Virus record (IMG/VR): IMGVR_UViG_3300046058_000040
Coordinates: 1 to 24,427 of that record
Length of the DNA stretch: 24,427 nt
Origin: a virus
Lineage: Duplodnaviria > Caudoviricetes
Direction: 5' to 3' (one strand)
In this document: positions 24,317 through 24,427 of the stretch, piece by piece
Layout: each line of letters starts with the position of its first letter
Numbering within the stretch: position 1 is the first letter of the stretch
Notes under the pieces: generated by a model
Databases searched by the model: none
Told to the model about the DNA's origin: nothing
Seen by the model: only the letters and a program-made list of their open reading frames with translations
Position numbers and translations under genes: made by a program

Positions 24317-24350
24317 GCCCCTGAACCGGCTGTCAGCGCCGCTCAGGGGC
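24317..24350 (-). terminator. Hairpin, probable terminator downstream of tRNA-Leu
   Basis: GCCCCTGA...TCAGGGGC inverted repeat with an inner CGGC/GCCG pair; followed on the minus strand by ATTCTCTATTTT. Confidence 0.6.
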
Positions 24351-24373
24351 GTTTTGAACTGCAAAGAAGGGGG

Positions 24374-24427
24374 TGCCCGCGGAGGGACTCGAACCCTCAC
24401 GTCCTCTCGGACAACGGATTTTGAATC
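24374..24427 (-). tRNA. tRNA-Leu(CAA), 3' part (truncated by the window edge)
   Basis: Reverse complement GATTCAAAATCCGTTGTCCGAGAGGACGTGAGGGTTCGAGTCCCTCCGCGGGCA: CAA anticodon loop, long variable arm, T-arm GAGGG-TTCGAGT-CCCTC, discriminator A. Confidence 0.9.

Noticed and set aside
24028-24324. 98-aa ORF at the right end as a possible mom/com gene
   Set aside because: Overlaps the tailspike 3' end and the end repeats; no Mom, Com or methyltransferase motifs.

Overview
This window is the right-hand ~24 kb (late region) of a Mu-like prophage with a non-contractile, siphovirus-type tail (no sheath gene). Gene order: gemA/gp16 (3' end), Mor/C activator, an antisense SH3 moron, lysis cassette (3-TM membrane domain fused to a CHAP endolysin, two spanins, gp25/gp26-like), terminase small and large subunits, portal, MuF with a C-terminal nuclease-like extension, gpG, protease/scaffold, decoration protein, major capsid, head-tail genes, tail tube, frameshifted tail chaperone, tape measure, tail proteins and a mosaic beta-helix tailspike. 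It ends at a candidate Mu-type right end (~24215), next to the 3' half of a tRNA-Leu(CAA) gene. High GC, very acidic proteins and few Shine-Dalgarno motifs suggest a halophilic Salinibacter-like host (inference only). The most striking unexplained element is a ~700-nt densely base-paired stretch between the capsid gene and the next head gene. It has no credible ORF and embeds an atypical initiator-derived tRNA(CAU), so it is a candidate giant structured ncRNA (GOLLD/ROOL-like). Other notable signals: 8-bp-phased CATT arrays that run into several start codons, two late promoters with identical architecture, a Mor protein with a duplicated dimerisation module, an XRE-HTH inside the prohead protease/scaffold, and a capsid protein with a signal-peptide-like leader. 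All family assignments are from motif recognition and synteny; no database searches were run.
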